The translations under genes were made by a program, and so were the position numbers. A stretch of DNA of 48,525 nt, counting the filler, from Ionaspis alba (taxonomy: Eukaryota): NCBI GenBank assembly GCA_964255285.1. It is 2 parts of 2 records of this genome, joined end to end, with 100 filler letters (N's around TTAATTAATTAA, not from the genome) between each part and the next. Parts side by side here need not be neighbours in the genome. Positions count along the whole stretch, not along the records: positions 24,340 to 48,525 come from CAXUUL010000175.1; 1 more part is not named here. One strand, 5' to 3'. The notes below the pieces were generated by a model. The model was not told the origin of the DNA, did not search any database, and saw nothing but the letters and a program-made list of their open reading frames with translations. This document shows positions 36,246-48,260 of this stretch, in pieces; position 1 is the stretch's first letter; each line of letters starts with the position of its first letter.

Positions 36246-38158
36246 CTACACCTTCTCAGTATGGATGTGATAATCCTTCGTAGAAATTGCTGAAGCTCGT
36301 CTGCCCAGAGATCCGGCAACTGATTGTCTACGTCCAGTCATATTCTGCTCCAACCTTTCGCGAACCTCTGGCGAACGTGCAAAAAGTACATCGATCTCTT
36401 CCAGTGTTTTGCCGGTTGCTAAAATGTGGAAGGAAATGATTAGTACTGATCTCTAATTTGGTGGTAGTACACATGTCTTTGTACGGAGATTTACGGGTTG
36501 AAGACTTACTCTCAGGGCAGAGGAAGTAGACGTAAGCCGCAGCAAGGAAGCAGCAGAGCAGAGGCCAGATGAAGATCTTCGGACCAACGGCATTGATGCC
36601 AGTTCCGCCTCCGAATACCATGATCCAGGTAGAGAACCATTCGCCCGCGGCACCAAGACTACCGGCAACGTGTCGATACTTCAATGGCGCAATCTCAGGT
36701 CCATATATCCAGCAAGTTCCAAGCCAGCCAAAGGCAAAGACGACTTCGTAGAGGATGATAATTACCACAGATGCCCAATTGGTCCCAATGTTGCTCATGC
36801 TAGCCGGCAGAGTTGTGAGAACAATATAGATGAGCATACAAACACCGCAGCCAAGGGCAGACCTAAGACCGCGAAAGATACCGAGTCAGTAAATGGTCCC
36901 AAGGAGAAGCGAAAATCGCTGTAAGGGTGTGAAAGGCCGCTATCCTGTGTTACTCACCAAATCATCATGGCTCGGCGCCCAACTTTTTCGATGTACCAGA
37001 TCGGAGGGTATGATGCGATGGCGAAAGCGGTGTTCAGCACGCCGGCTAGGATTCCGGATAGCAGAGGCGAGTAATGAAGGTTAGAGAAGATCGTGGTGCT
37101 GAAATACACTAGCATGTTGATTCCTAGAAACTGTTGTGCCTGATGGTTTGTATGATCAGCAGATATCCAGGACGGAGATATGTCTTCAGAAATGCACCTA
37201 CCCAATTGATGAGGAAGGAAGTTCGAAGACGACGGCCGAACTGAAGCTCTGTATTATCCCACAACAGACACCACCAATTGAGATTTTCTTCGCCGTCTTC
37301 TTCCTTCAGAGAAGCAAGAATTTCCGACCTGACAAGCTGCACGGCCGGATGATCGACCGGCAAACAATGAAGACGAGCCAACACGTTGTCGCCTCTGTCA
37401 GAGTGACCTCGCGCGTAGTACCAACGGGGAGTATCGGGTAGCAAGAACAAAAGACATGCGGAGAAGATTGCGAAGCAGCTTTGCATCGCTAATGGGATAC
37501 GCCAGAGCCAAGGATACCGGTCAAGGCCTTGTACAAAACCCAGGTCAACCCAGTACGCTAGGGCGACACCAGTGATGAGAAGCGCAAGCTGGTAGGAAAC
37601 TTCGGGTCCTCGTTCTCGAGCTTCCAAAGACATCTCGGCCTATACAAGCAATATGTCATTAGCACATATCCAATACAGGGACATTCGCCATGAGGAGCAA
37701 TACCATGTAAGTTGGAACGGCGGAAGCAATGCAGCCAATGCCCGATCCAGTGACAATCCGCCCAACAATGATCTGAGCAACGGAATAAGTCGAAGCTTGG
37801 AGAAGGGCGCCAATGCAGATCAAAAGACAACCGAGAAGGATAGTGCCCTTCCTGCCAATCTGCATACCGAAAGAACTGACACAGAGCGACATGATGCCGG
37901 CAGCGAGGTTGTAGATTGATGCGATGACCGGAATAATCTGTGGCCCCGTTGGATTACCAATTGCCTCTAGAAACTGGGGCGTCGCTTGGATGCCACCAAG
38001 AACGCCTGGAATTCTGGTCAGACAAGCTCGGAGAAAGCAACAGGTACGAGCTTACCAGCATCCCATCCATAAAGCATAAACGCAGAGCCGCACGCCGCGC
38101 TCATGAGGCGATAGAGCGTCTTGCCCTGGACATTGTCGAGAGCGCCAAGTATCGCCAT
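36246..38158 (-). CDS. MFS sugar porter (STL1-like sugar/polyol transporter group)
   Basis: Exons 38158-38056, 38005-37704, 37639-37202, 37139-36958, 36862-36510, 36418-36246. YGWDAG, IGRKG, GRIVTG, PTYMAE, PDTPRW, QQFLGIN, VGRR, YGPEI and PETTGKTLEEID sugar-porter motifs. Confidence 0.94.
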
Positions 38159-39037
38159 TATCGAGTGGGATTGTCTTTCATTCAGCAATAGAAGCACGGA
38201 AATGCTCCAATGTAACTCAAATCAAAGAACTTTATAAAGCAAGAGAGTGGATAATCTTGACTTTGACTTGATCTTGAGAGAAAGATAAAATAAAACTTTC
38301 GACCTCTAGCATTGGGTGAACCGGGGACATGACCTCAAACTATATACCACACAGCTCGGTACCCCTTGCACAACATCAAGCGAAGCAACAAAGACAGAGG
38401 AGTGGATGGAAGACAGGAGGTGTAAACGGTAGACAAGAGGACTAGTCGGAAGACAAAAGGACCAAGCAGAAGAGTATGAAAGGCGGGTGGGGCGCGTGTC
38501 ATTTCCATCTTTGATGGCTCGATGCCTCCAGTAGGCTCCTGGAAACGACGAATGACACCAAGGTAAAGAAGGGTATTTGAGAAATCAAGCGATGGCTTTC
38601 ACACTCCTTCCAGCCGAACGAAGTAGTATTGCTAGTGCTGGGACAGAGAACGAGATCTGATTGTTGTCTGATGTTATTCTGCAGTCGGTCAAAAGGGCCG
38701 GGGAAAGGAAAATGCCACGCGCTAGAAAATTCCTGTTTCGGCCATTGCGGCTAGTTAATAGTGGTCTACCGGAGTTGTGCTCCGAGGTACATCCCGAAAA
38801 CGATCCCTCCTTGCAAGATCCCGACCCGGTAAATTTTTCCCGATCTTTCGATTGGCTACCAGAACGTTTATGATGGTTTCCACCACGAGGTTGAACCAAG
38901 CAATGGCTTGTCTATCATCCTACAGGGTACCATACAGCATGAGCGAAAAATTGGCCTGGCCTCCTCTTCGTAGGATCTGTGTTTGACCTCCCTTCCAAAG
39001 TGCTGTTGATCACTGCAAAATTCATCTCTTAACCGCC
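38159..39037. promoter_or_regulatory. Divergent promoter shared by the transporter and the SDR
   Basis: Head-to-head genes. SYGGRG (CreA-type) matches at 38321, 38487, 38698 and 38769; GGCTAG at 38749; CGGAG-N5-CTCCG at 38770-38784; CGG-N10-CCG at 38827-38842. Confidence 0.55.
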
Positions 39038-40062
39038 ATGCAACGAGTGCTTCTCCGTCACAACGCAGCTCGGCTTGCTGTCGACTCTCGCAAGCCCTCA
39101 TCCTGTCTCTTCCAATCTACCACGACTTTCCCTTCAGAATTACATAGGTCAATCGTCCCAGACCACGCTCTTCCGCCCAACGATGTCCAAGCACGTCAAC
39201 CTGCAAGAAGGACGTCTATCAAGGACCTTTTCTTGTTGGGAGAGAGAACAGTTGTCGTAACTGGCGCTGGGCGAGGTCTGGGGATAACCCTCGCCTCCGC
39301 TGTGCTCGACGCTGGTGGGGATGTTGTGTGTCTCGATGTGCTACCGCGACCAAGTGAGATGGATTGGGCCGGTATCACGAAAATCGCAGAAGAAACAGGT
39401 AGACATGCGACATACCACCAATGCGACATAGCTCGAGAGGAGCAGGTCCAGGCTACTCTGGCAGACGCGGTGTCTCGGGCGGAAGAGAGAAAGAAGCCTG
39501 TACGTGGTTTGATCAGTTGTGCTGGTATTCAGCAAACAGTTGATGCAATGGATTATCCCACCGACGGCTTCAAGAGAATATTGGACGTGAACGTGACAGG
39601 CAGCTTCCTCGTTGCCAAACACACAGCGCGCCTGATGAGAGACGCAAAGAACAGCGGAAGCATTGTTTTTATAGCATCCATGTCAGGACAGATAGCCAAT
39701 CGGGTACGCTCTCACGACTACCGTAGACGCCGCTGACAGGGCTATAGGGTATTCATTGCTCAGCATACAACACCTCCAAAGCTGCAGTACAGCAAATGTG
39801 CCGTTCTCTATCCATGGAATGGGGGCGTTATGGCATCAGGGTTAATAGCCTCTCGCCTGGCTACATTCGCACCGCAATGACCGATCAACTTTTGGCAGAG
39901 AAGCCAGAGATAAAAGATGTATGGATGGCAGGCGCATTACTTGGTCGTCTGGGTTCCGTAGAGGACTTTAAGGCGCCTGCGGTGTACCTACTTGCCGACG
40001 GGGCGTCTTTCATGACTGGGGCTGATTTGAGGGTTGATGGAGGTCATTGCGCATCTGCGTAG
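39038..40062 (+). CDS. Short-chain dehydrogenase/reductase, D-arabinitol 2-dehydrogenase/sorbose reductase-like
   Basis: Exons 39038-39703 and 39748-40062. TGAGRGLG, CAGI, NVTG, IASMSGQIANRG, catalytic YNTSK, IRVNSLSPGYI and MTGADLRVDGG. Confidence 0.92.
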
Positions 40063-40594
40063 TCGTTCCACGTTCTATAATATTGAAGGTATGGTATACT
40101 AGATAGGGTTTACAATGCCCCGAAATTCACAGCACAGCTAATAGCTTCCCTTCATGATCACAGAGTGTTGTATCGCATGCATTCAAGATCCCAACAATAA
40201 TAAGATCCTGTCCCTGTCACCTCGAAACAAGAGGGAGCGCTGCCCATCACACATCAGCACCGTATTACCTACACTTCTATAAAAGGTCCGCAACCCTATA
40301 TAAAGTTACTGGTGAATTGACAATGATGGACGCACTTGAGAGACATCAGGCAAAAAATCACAGGTATCATGCCGAAAAGATGCCAAGCGGTTTTGGCGTT
40401 TTGCACTTGAGAGTTTTTCCCCGCACTTCTTCTTCTCTAACCTGAACGGCCTGAGAAGTTAGTGTCAATATTGCCTGTCTAAGTCGTGGCCGTTGAAATA
40501 ATGCTGAGACTGGTAGCATGGTGACTGACCTAGGAGATCCCTTCACCATCATAGCTTTACCCCAACGATGATTTTTCGCGATTAAAGCCATCTA

Positions 40595-43054
40595 ATGGCT
40601 GAACAAGAGCTCTCGGTGGAGAGCAATAGTAATATGCAACCGACACCCTCGAAAAGAGACAGGGGCTTCGCCGTCTCGAAACGTAGCAGAGGCAGAAGCG
40701 GATGCTTGAATTGTCGACGCCGCAGAAAGAAATGTTTGTTGGACCAGTCACTACTTTCAGGAAGCTGACCTCCCGAAGGCGACGAAGGGAAACCGGCGTG
40801 CGCGAAATGCACCGCGCGCGGCGAATCTTGCGAATGGGACACCAGGATTACCTTTCGATTGAGTGGGATTGGCACCTATCATCCCTCCATGGTCCATTCA
40901 AGGAATTTGAAGACCCATAGTGATTACCAGGTTAGTTTGCATTGATGTGCTTGCCCCATGGACTAATGTATGTACGCGTAGATCATGAATGTCACTTTCG
41001 ACGATAGTACAGGTACCTCGCAGCATGTCTACCATGAACAGCCAGACGCGATGTCCCAACATTCTTCGACGTCGTCCAATGAGCAGAGCGTGTGGGATGT
41101 GCAAGAGAGCCACTCCAGTCGCAACGTCGCTTTACCCGACAATGAGCAGACCTTGAGACCTTTGTCAATAGAGAGTGGCGCTTTCTCGACCCATAGTGCG
41201 ACCATTACAGGCTCTTCTTCCGAGAAGCATCCAAGCACCCAGGCGATCGAGAATTCCACTCGATTTCATGTTTCTGACGGGTTAGTAGGCTCAACGGCTG
41301 TCAGTCTGAAAAACAATAGCAACGGCAACCCTAACGACCGCGAGGGAAATATTGGCACTTTTCCAATCTCACGACCTCACATCAGTGCAGCCGATTCCAC
41401 GATTGAGATGGCAGATTTGCCATCTCAAATGGCAACAACGCCGAGGTTCAGCTGCTTAGATCCATTCAACGGTGAAACGAGTGCCCAGGCGCAGCCTGCA
41501 ACGACATCTTCGGAGCTCGAAGCGCTCGACTATCTCACAAGCCAGCCAAATAATATCGATTTCTTCGCATCTGCGGCGCAGCAAGGTGGATCGTTGCAAT
41601 GCTATTCCAGGAGCAACTCAGATCTCCTACATCCCCCTTTCACGAGTGAATCAGCTCTGGCTGATACTCCTGACCTAAACACTGTTTGTTATCCCAATGT
41701 TACATATCAGGACTTGCACACAACTTTGTATTATCACATGGTGGAGACGGCGCGGAACACTGCTTTAACACGACAGGCTTCGCCGGATCCATATGCTCAG
41801 GAGGCTCCTCCCATTGCGCATGATGCTTCGCCCTCTCCATCAAATATCAACGAAATACGAACACAGATCCGAGAACCTGGTCTGCGACTTCGATCATTGA
41901 AATCCGTGAAATTGACTCAGCGAAGACAGCTCGAACTTTGGCGTAACTATCTCGACGAAATTGCCGTCTGGCTGGACATGTTTGATAATGACCGACATTT
42001 TCAGTTCAAGATACCACTTCTTGCAAAATCGGCCGACCATCTTCACTATTCCATCTTAGCACTTTCCGCGCGACAGATGGAGAGAAAGGGTCCCGGTAAA
42101 CCATATACTGAATCGTTGGGATTGTATCAAGAGGCGATTCAGCTCATAGTCAAGGAACTCCATACTCTGGAAACCACTGTGATCGCTTCCTGTGTCTTGC
42201 TGTGTGTCCTAGAAATGATGAGCTCTTCGCCAAGAGCCTGGTGTCATCACCTAAACGGTTGCGCCATGCTTCTTGAGGCAGCCGGCGTGAATGGCGTCGT
42301 TGGCGGAGTTCGACAATCGCTGTTTTGGTGCTTTGCAAGAATGGATGTCTGGGGAGGATTCCTCGAAGATACACCGACCAAAATCCCAACGAACCGATGG
42401 TTTATTCCAAGCGGATCCATGATTGAAACGGTGACTCGTTTCAAGGCAGGTCCTGGAAGTCACAGTTATGCCAACTATGCTGTTTTTCTTTGTGCCAGTG
42501 TCGTCAATGTGATATCTAACAAGACTGGCTCCTACGTAGGTCAGGCTGAAGTGGACTCTGTCCGGAAAGCCACCTATTCGGCTCGATGGAAGGCGTTGTT
42601 TGACTTGCTGGAAGACTGGTATAACAATCGACCGGAAGAAATGCAGCCACTCATGGCATATCCTTCAGGTTCCGATGAACCTCGAGAGCCATTCTCGGTC
42701 GTGCTCTACGGCAGTTCGCCAGCTGTCAACGGAAACCAGTTGTATCATGCGGCTGCACTCATGATGTTACAGGACAAGCCCAAGGACATTCGTCTCTCCA
42801 AATCTCCGAAATCAATCTTATGGCATGCTCGTCAAATTTGTGGTATCGCTGTATCGAACAGTGATCACGGTACCCGGATCAATAGTTTGCAACCACTCTG
42901 GATTGCTGGCAAGATCATGTCACATGAAACCGAACATCGAGCCATTCTCGATCTTTTGGCACAAATCGAGAGCGATACCGGGTGGGCCACTGCATGGAGA
43001 GCGGAGGACCTCAGGGATTATTGGGGTGATGCGAAGTGTTCAGAGACGCATTGA
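40595..43054 (+). CDS. Zn(II)2Cys6 transcription factor with fungal-specific C-terminal regulatory domain
   Basis: Exons 40595-40733, 40779-40930, 40982-43054. Splicing restores RSGCLNCRRRRKKCDEGKPACAKCTARGESCEW. C-terminal IAVWLDMFD, ILALSARQ, FWCFARMD and QPLWIAG. Confidence 0.93.
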
Positions 43055-43498
43055 GGTGCAGTCCTTTTAAAGGCGTGAAACTCAACTATGTCTGTTCCTC
43101 TGCCCCGGAAGGAGAATTAGCAAAGAAGTTGCGTGACGACGCCAGTTCTATCCCAGGCGGAAGAAAGCTCCTAAAGTGGGTACAGATATTTTGCCTTTAC
43201 CATAATTCCAAATAAGGTAATCTCAAACGCTGCGCTTGACAATCCGAGACATTGCCTCAACATGAGACTTCCACACAACGCATGACCGGAACCTACCACA
43301 AGGATAATCGAATTTGAGAAGCATAGCTATGTTATGGCGTGAAGGATGCTTTGGTCAGACTCGCGCCCTCGAAGATGTTCAAGCCACTTGAACCTGAATC
43401 AAAATAAAACGACCATTTCTGACTATGTCCGGCGGCGCCAGCAGCTCGAAATTCCATAAAGTGTTGAAGGACCGGTGGAAAGTTCCCACTGTTCGTTC

Positions 43499-45301
43499 AT
43501 GTCCGCCACTGCCCTCCTTAATATGTCTCCTTCTGAGACCTTAAAATTTGTCAATCGACATTATATCGGACAATTCCCACGTGAAACAACCAGATTACAG
43601 CAGTTTCGACTCGATACAGGGCTCTCTCAATCTACCAGGACATCGAAGCGCGAATTTCCGGACGACCATGAGCGCATGTCCCTGCCTACGCGTTCATTCT
43701 CTCACAGCCCAGCTTCGTCTGTGGCAATACTCGATGAAGTCGGTTCACAGAATGATGCAAGTGCAAAGTTGATCATTGTCACGGTCGGTCTGCCCGCTCG
43801 AGGCAAAAGTTATGTGACGAAGAAGTTATGCAGATATTTGAATTGGTTACAGTATGACACCAGGATTTTCAATGTTGGAGACAGGCAGCGAAAGCTTGGA
43901 CGACGTCCCATACTCTTTCCCCTCGAGGGACCCCATCCCGTGACGGTTACACAGGCAGCAGATCACTTGAACGATCATTCTGCCAACTTTTTCGATCCGG
44001 AAAATGACGAAGCAAAGAAACTACGAGAAAAGGCTGCCATGGAGACATTGGACGAATTGCTCGACTATTTGATTCACGACGGCGGCTGTGTTGCGCTCTT
44101 TGATGCCACGAACAGCACCATTGAACGTCGAGATCTCATCATACAGAAAGTCAGAGAACGAGGACCGGAGCTTCGAGTCATGTTCTTGGAGAGTCAATGT
44201 TTTGACGAAAGTGTACGTTTTGCGTCAAAATTCGCAGTGTTCTATTGACTCTTGCCTAGCTACTCGAATCAAACATGCGTCTGAAGCTATCAGGACCAGA
44301 CTTCAAGAACGAGGATCTAGTTTCTGCTCTTGAAGACTTCAAGAAACGCGTAGCCATGTACGAGAAGAAGTATGTGCCACTCGGAGCGTCGGAGGAACGC
44401 CACGGCTATTCATATTGCCAGATGATTGATGTGGGACGAAAATTTGTCATTCACAATATCTCTGGCTTTTTCGCTACCCAAGCCGTACACTATCTTCAAC
44501 ATTTCAATCTTCTTCCAAGACAGATATGGCTCACAAGGCACGGAGAATCCTACGACGATGTTGCTGGTCGAATTGGGGGCGACGCTGAACTTACCCCCTT
44601 CTTTGGGGTCAAATATGCAGCAGCATTGTCAAGATTCATCGATTGCCAAAAAGAAGCATGGAAAATATTGTAAAAGGGAGAAGATAGTCGTAACAAGAGT
44701 TCTTTCCCTGATGCGCTGCAACGGGCTGCTCCCGCAGGCCAGGTGCCGAAGACATTTCACATTTGGACATCAATGATGCGAAGAAGCATGCAGACAGCCC
44801 GATTTTTTGCGACGCCAGACTACCAGACGAAGCATTTACGCATGCTAGACGAGTTGAATGCGGCGTTCTCGAGGGTTTGACACGCGAGAAGGTCAAAGAT
44901 TTCTATTCAGATTGGTACAACGAGCGACAAAAAGATAAGTTCCGCTTCCGGTATCCTGGCACTGCTGGTGAAGGGTATCTGGATGTCACGAATAGGCTGA
45001 AGTCGGTCATACTTGAAGTGGAATCTGTGACGGATCACGTCTTGCTGATTTCTGGTCTGGCTGTCACACGAATCCTATTGGCCTATTTTAGAGGCCTTCA
45101 TAGAGACGAGATCGTTGATTTGCATGTCCCCCTCGGCGCATTGCACGTGCTCGAACCGGTAAGGGGATCCATTGTCGCAAATTACGTATGAACGGCGTTT
45201 GGGCTGACCAAGGTGTATCGTAGAAACCGTACGGCGTTGGCTATCGGGTGTATGTATATAATGCAGCAACGGATTGGTTCGACCTCAGTAAAGAAGATTG
45301 A
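43499..45301 (+). pseudogene. 6-phosphofructo-2-kinase/fructose-2,6-bisphosphatase; kinase domain intact, phosphatase domain disrupted (pseudogene or truncated kinase)
   Basis: VGLPARGKSY P-loop, YLNWL, FNVG, FDATNST; intron 44213-44259; LTRHGES. In-frame TAA at 44671-44673, after which the same frame continues as HIWTSMMRRSMQT...MLDELNA. A 1-nt frameshift near 44860-44862 precedes GVLEGLT...RYPG..GEGYLD. Last intron 45159-45223, stop 45301. The start could also be 43523 or 43676. Confidence 0.85.
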
Positions 45302-45899
45302 TTTCGCTTCTATCAGCAACTTGACTGTGGCAAACGTCAATGGCTGAGACAAGGAAGTGTATAGCAAAGGCACAAACTTTTCGCTTTCGAAGTCGTTCTC
45401 ACATGATCACACATCGTGTGCTGATTGAAATCCACGATCCAGAGCAGTTAGGCTCACTAACAGAATTGTTAAATCTACCCACGAGCTGCTTCTCTGCCAA
45501 ACGTCATCCCTATCTCAACTCCCGAGTTCACACACATGAAGTTCGTGGCATTGGTGACCCCCCGGGCGCATGAGCAGGAAACACCCAGATCACGAGGGGA
45601 AAGGCCCAGAGAGCCCCACTGCCGGAAATCCGTGACCCAGAGCCAGTATTGACCCACTCAAAATTACACCCAAAGGGGGAATTCTCGGCGCTTCCATGTT
45701 GATTGCTGATCACTTCTAGGCGCTTCGCTCTTCCAAGATAGATTAGCGCGACGAGAGCACATCATTTCTCCATCCACTGATCTATCCTGTCAGACCTGCA
45801 CGATGAAACGATATATTGCAATGCCTCTGCACCACTTCCAGGCACTCTATCAGAAGCAGTTCCGGATTCCCCTGTCGAAACCCCGACCGCCTGGAAGCA

Positions 45900-48260
45900 A
45901 TGGCTCCATCACTTGCAGACTACGAAGACGCCGTGTCCTTGCAGCCCGTCAAGGTCCACCAAACGAAAATCGGCGGCTCGAACGGAATTAATTCGGTGCA
46001 GCCTCGGGAGAGTGAAAAACATGACTTGGTTCTCCGGGTCTTCAGATGTCTGATCGCAGACTTGTGCGAGCAATTCAATGGTGGCCATCCTGGGTCGGTA
46101 TGAACTCATCACAAGTCGCTCGTTTGCTGATGATAGCAGTGGTGCAATGAGCATGGCGGCCATTGGCGTTTCACTCTGGAAATACGCTATGAAGTACTCT
46201 CCAAGCAATCCAGCCTATTTCAACCGCGATCGTTTCGTGCTCTCTAATGGTCAGCCATTGTACACAGAATTACGGTTGTGGAAGCTGACAAATCACAGGC
46301 CACACTTGTCTCTTTCAATACACATTTATGCATCTTGTTGGCTATAAAGCCATGACAATCGAGCAACTGAAATCATACCACTCTAAACGGACAGACTCAA
46401 TCTGCCCAGGGCATCCGGAAATTGAACATGAGGGCATTGAAGTCACGACAGGCCCACTTGGCCAGGGCGTCGCGAATGCTGTCGGTCTTGCCATGGCTAC
46501 CAAACAGCTTGCAGCCACGTACAATAAGCCAGGATATGCCCTTGTAGATAATATGACTTGGTGTATGATAGGCGATGCCTGCTTACAAGAAGGCGTCGCT
46601 CTAGAGTCTATCCAGCTGGCAGGCCACTGGAGACTTAACAACCTGGCAATCGTTTACGACAATAACCAGATTACTTGTGACGGGTCTGTCGATATGGTGT
46701 GTACTGAGGATGTCAACGCAAAGATGCGAGCTTGCGGGTGGACTGTCGTTGACGTCTTCGATGGAACGTCAAATATCCAAGGTATCACACAAGCACTCAT
46801 CAAAGCCCGCGTAAGTGCGTTGCCGACCTTTATAAATATCCGTACCGTTATCGGCATCGGTAGTGCCGTAGCAGGTCAGGCAAAGGCTCATGGTGCTGCT
46901 TTTGGTGCTTCTGATGTCGCCAATATCAAGCAACTCTTCGGCATGAACCCCGAGGAGCATTTTGGTATCCCAGATACGGTATACGACTTCTTCCATGAAG
47001 CACGATCCCGGGGTGAGAAATATGAAGCAGACTGGTCTGCTTTGGTCGAGTCCTACAATCGAGAATTTCCTCGAGAAGGTGCCGAGTTTCAGCTACGGGT
47101 CCGTGGCAGAATGCCTCAGGACTGGACTCAGTTCATTCCAAACAGAGAGAGTCTTCCCACTGGACCAACTTCATCCCGCAAATCTGCTGGCATTGTATGC
47201 AACCCTTTGGCAGAGAACCTGAAGAACTTTATGGTCGGCACGGCAGATTTGTCTCCATCAGTCTGCATGGCTTTCAAGAATCAGGTGGATTTCCAGAATG
47301 TGAGTTAGTCCTCCAACAACTATTCGGGCAGTCAATAATAGCCTCTAGCCTGAGCTCAAGACAGCTTGCCGTCTAAATGGCACTTATGCCGGTAGGTACA
47401 TTCACTACGGAATTCGCGAGCACGCCATGGCATCCATTTCCAATGGGCTCGCTGCATTCAACAAAGGCACTTTTTTGCCCGTCACCTCGACCTTCTTCAT
47501 GTTCTATCTATACGCTGCACCTGGAATCCGTATGGGGGCTCTCCAAGGTCTTCAACAGATTCATATCGCAACTCATGACTCGATTGGTACTGGTGAAGAC
47601 GGGCCAACTCATCAGCCTATCGCCCTAGCAGCCTTGTATCGTGCGATGCCGAACCTGCTATACATTCGTCCTTGCGACACGGAGGAAGTAGCCGGTGCTT
47701 TTATCATTGCTCTCAATGCCTCCTCCACTCCTAGTATGATTTCATTATCGCGCCAAAATCTAGTCCAATTTCCGCAGCACTCATCCCGTGATGGTATACA
47801 GAAGGGTGCATATGTGTTCATTGAACAAGAGGAAGCCGATGTGACGATCATTGGCGTCGGCTCCGAGATGGGTTTCGCTGTCCAGACAATGGAGGTCCTC
47901 GCGCGCGACCACAACATCAAAGCGAGAGTAGTCAGCTTCCCCTGCCAGCGTCTGTTCGATCAGCAGAGCAAACAATACAAGCAGAGTGTGCTCCGATACA
48001 AGAGCAAAGCGCCACTCGTGGTGATCGAAGCATATGTCGCTCACGGATGGGAGAGATACGCTGATGCCGGAATAAGTATGAGCAGCTTTGGCAAGAGTTT
48101 GCCGGGTGCCGAGGCATACAAGTATTTTGGGTTCGAGCCTCCAGTCATGGCCAAGAAGATCAAGGATCTTGTTGAGGAAGTGCAGCGCGAGGGGATTGAA
48201 TCGTTGAGAGGGGACTTTAGGGACCTCAACGGAACCCTGGCTTATGGATTCGAGCATTAA
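45900..48260 (+). CDS. Transketolase-family enzyme, dihydroxyacetone synthase (formaldehyde transketolase)-like
   Basis: Exons 45900-46093, 46140-46249, 46299-47299, 47349-48260. ADLCEQFNGGHPG, NRDRFVLSNGHTCLFQY, GHPE, TTGPLGQG, ThDP motif GDACLQEG...DNN, GIREHAM and THDSIGTGEDGPTHQP. Confidence 0.93.

Noticed and set aside
44670..44742. GTAAAA...CAG intron that would remove the PFK-2 premature stop
   Set aside because: Acceptors at 44737 and 44742 put the downstream conserved sequence out of frame, and the only nearby in-frame AG (44699) gives an implausible 30-nt intron.
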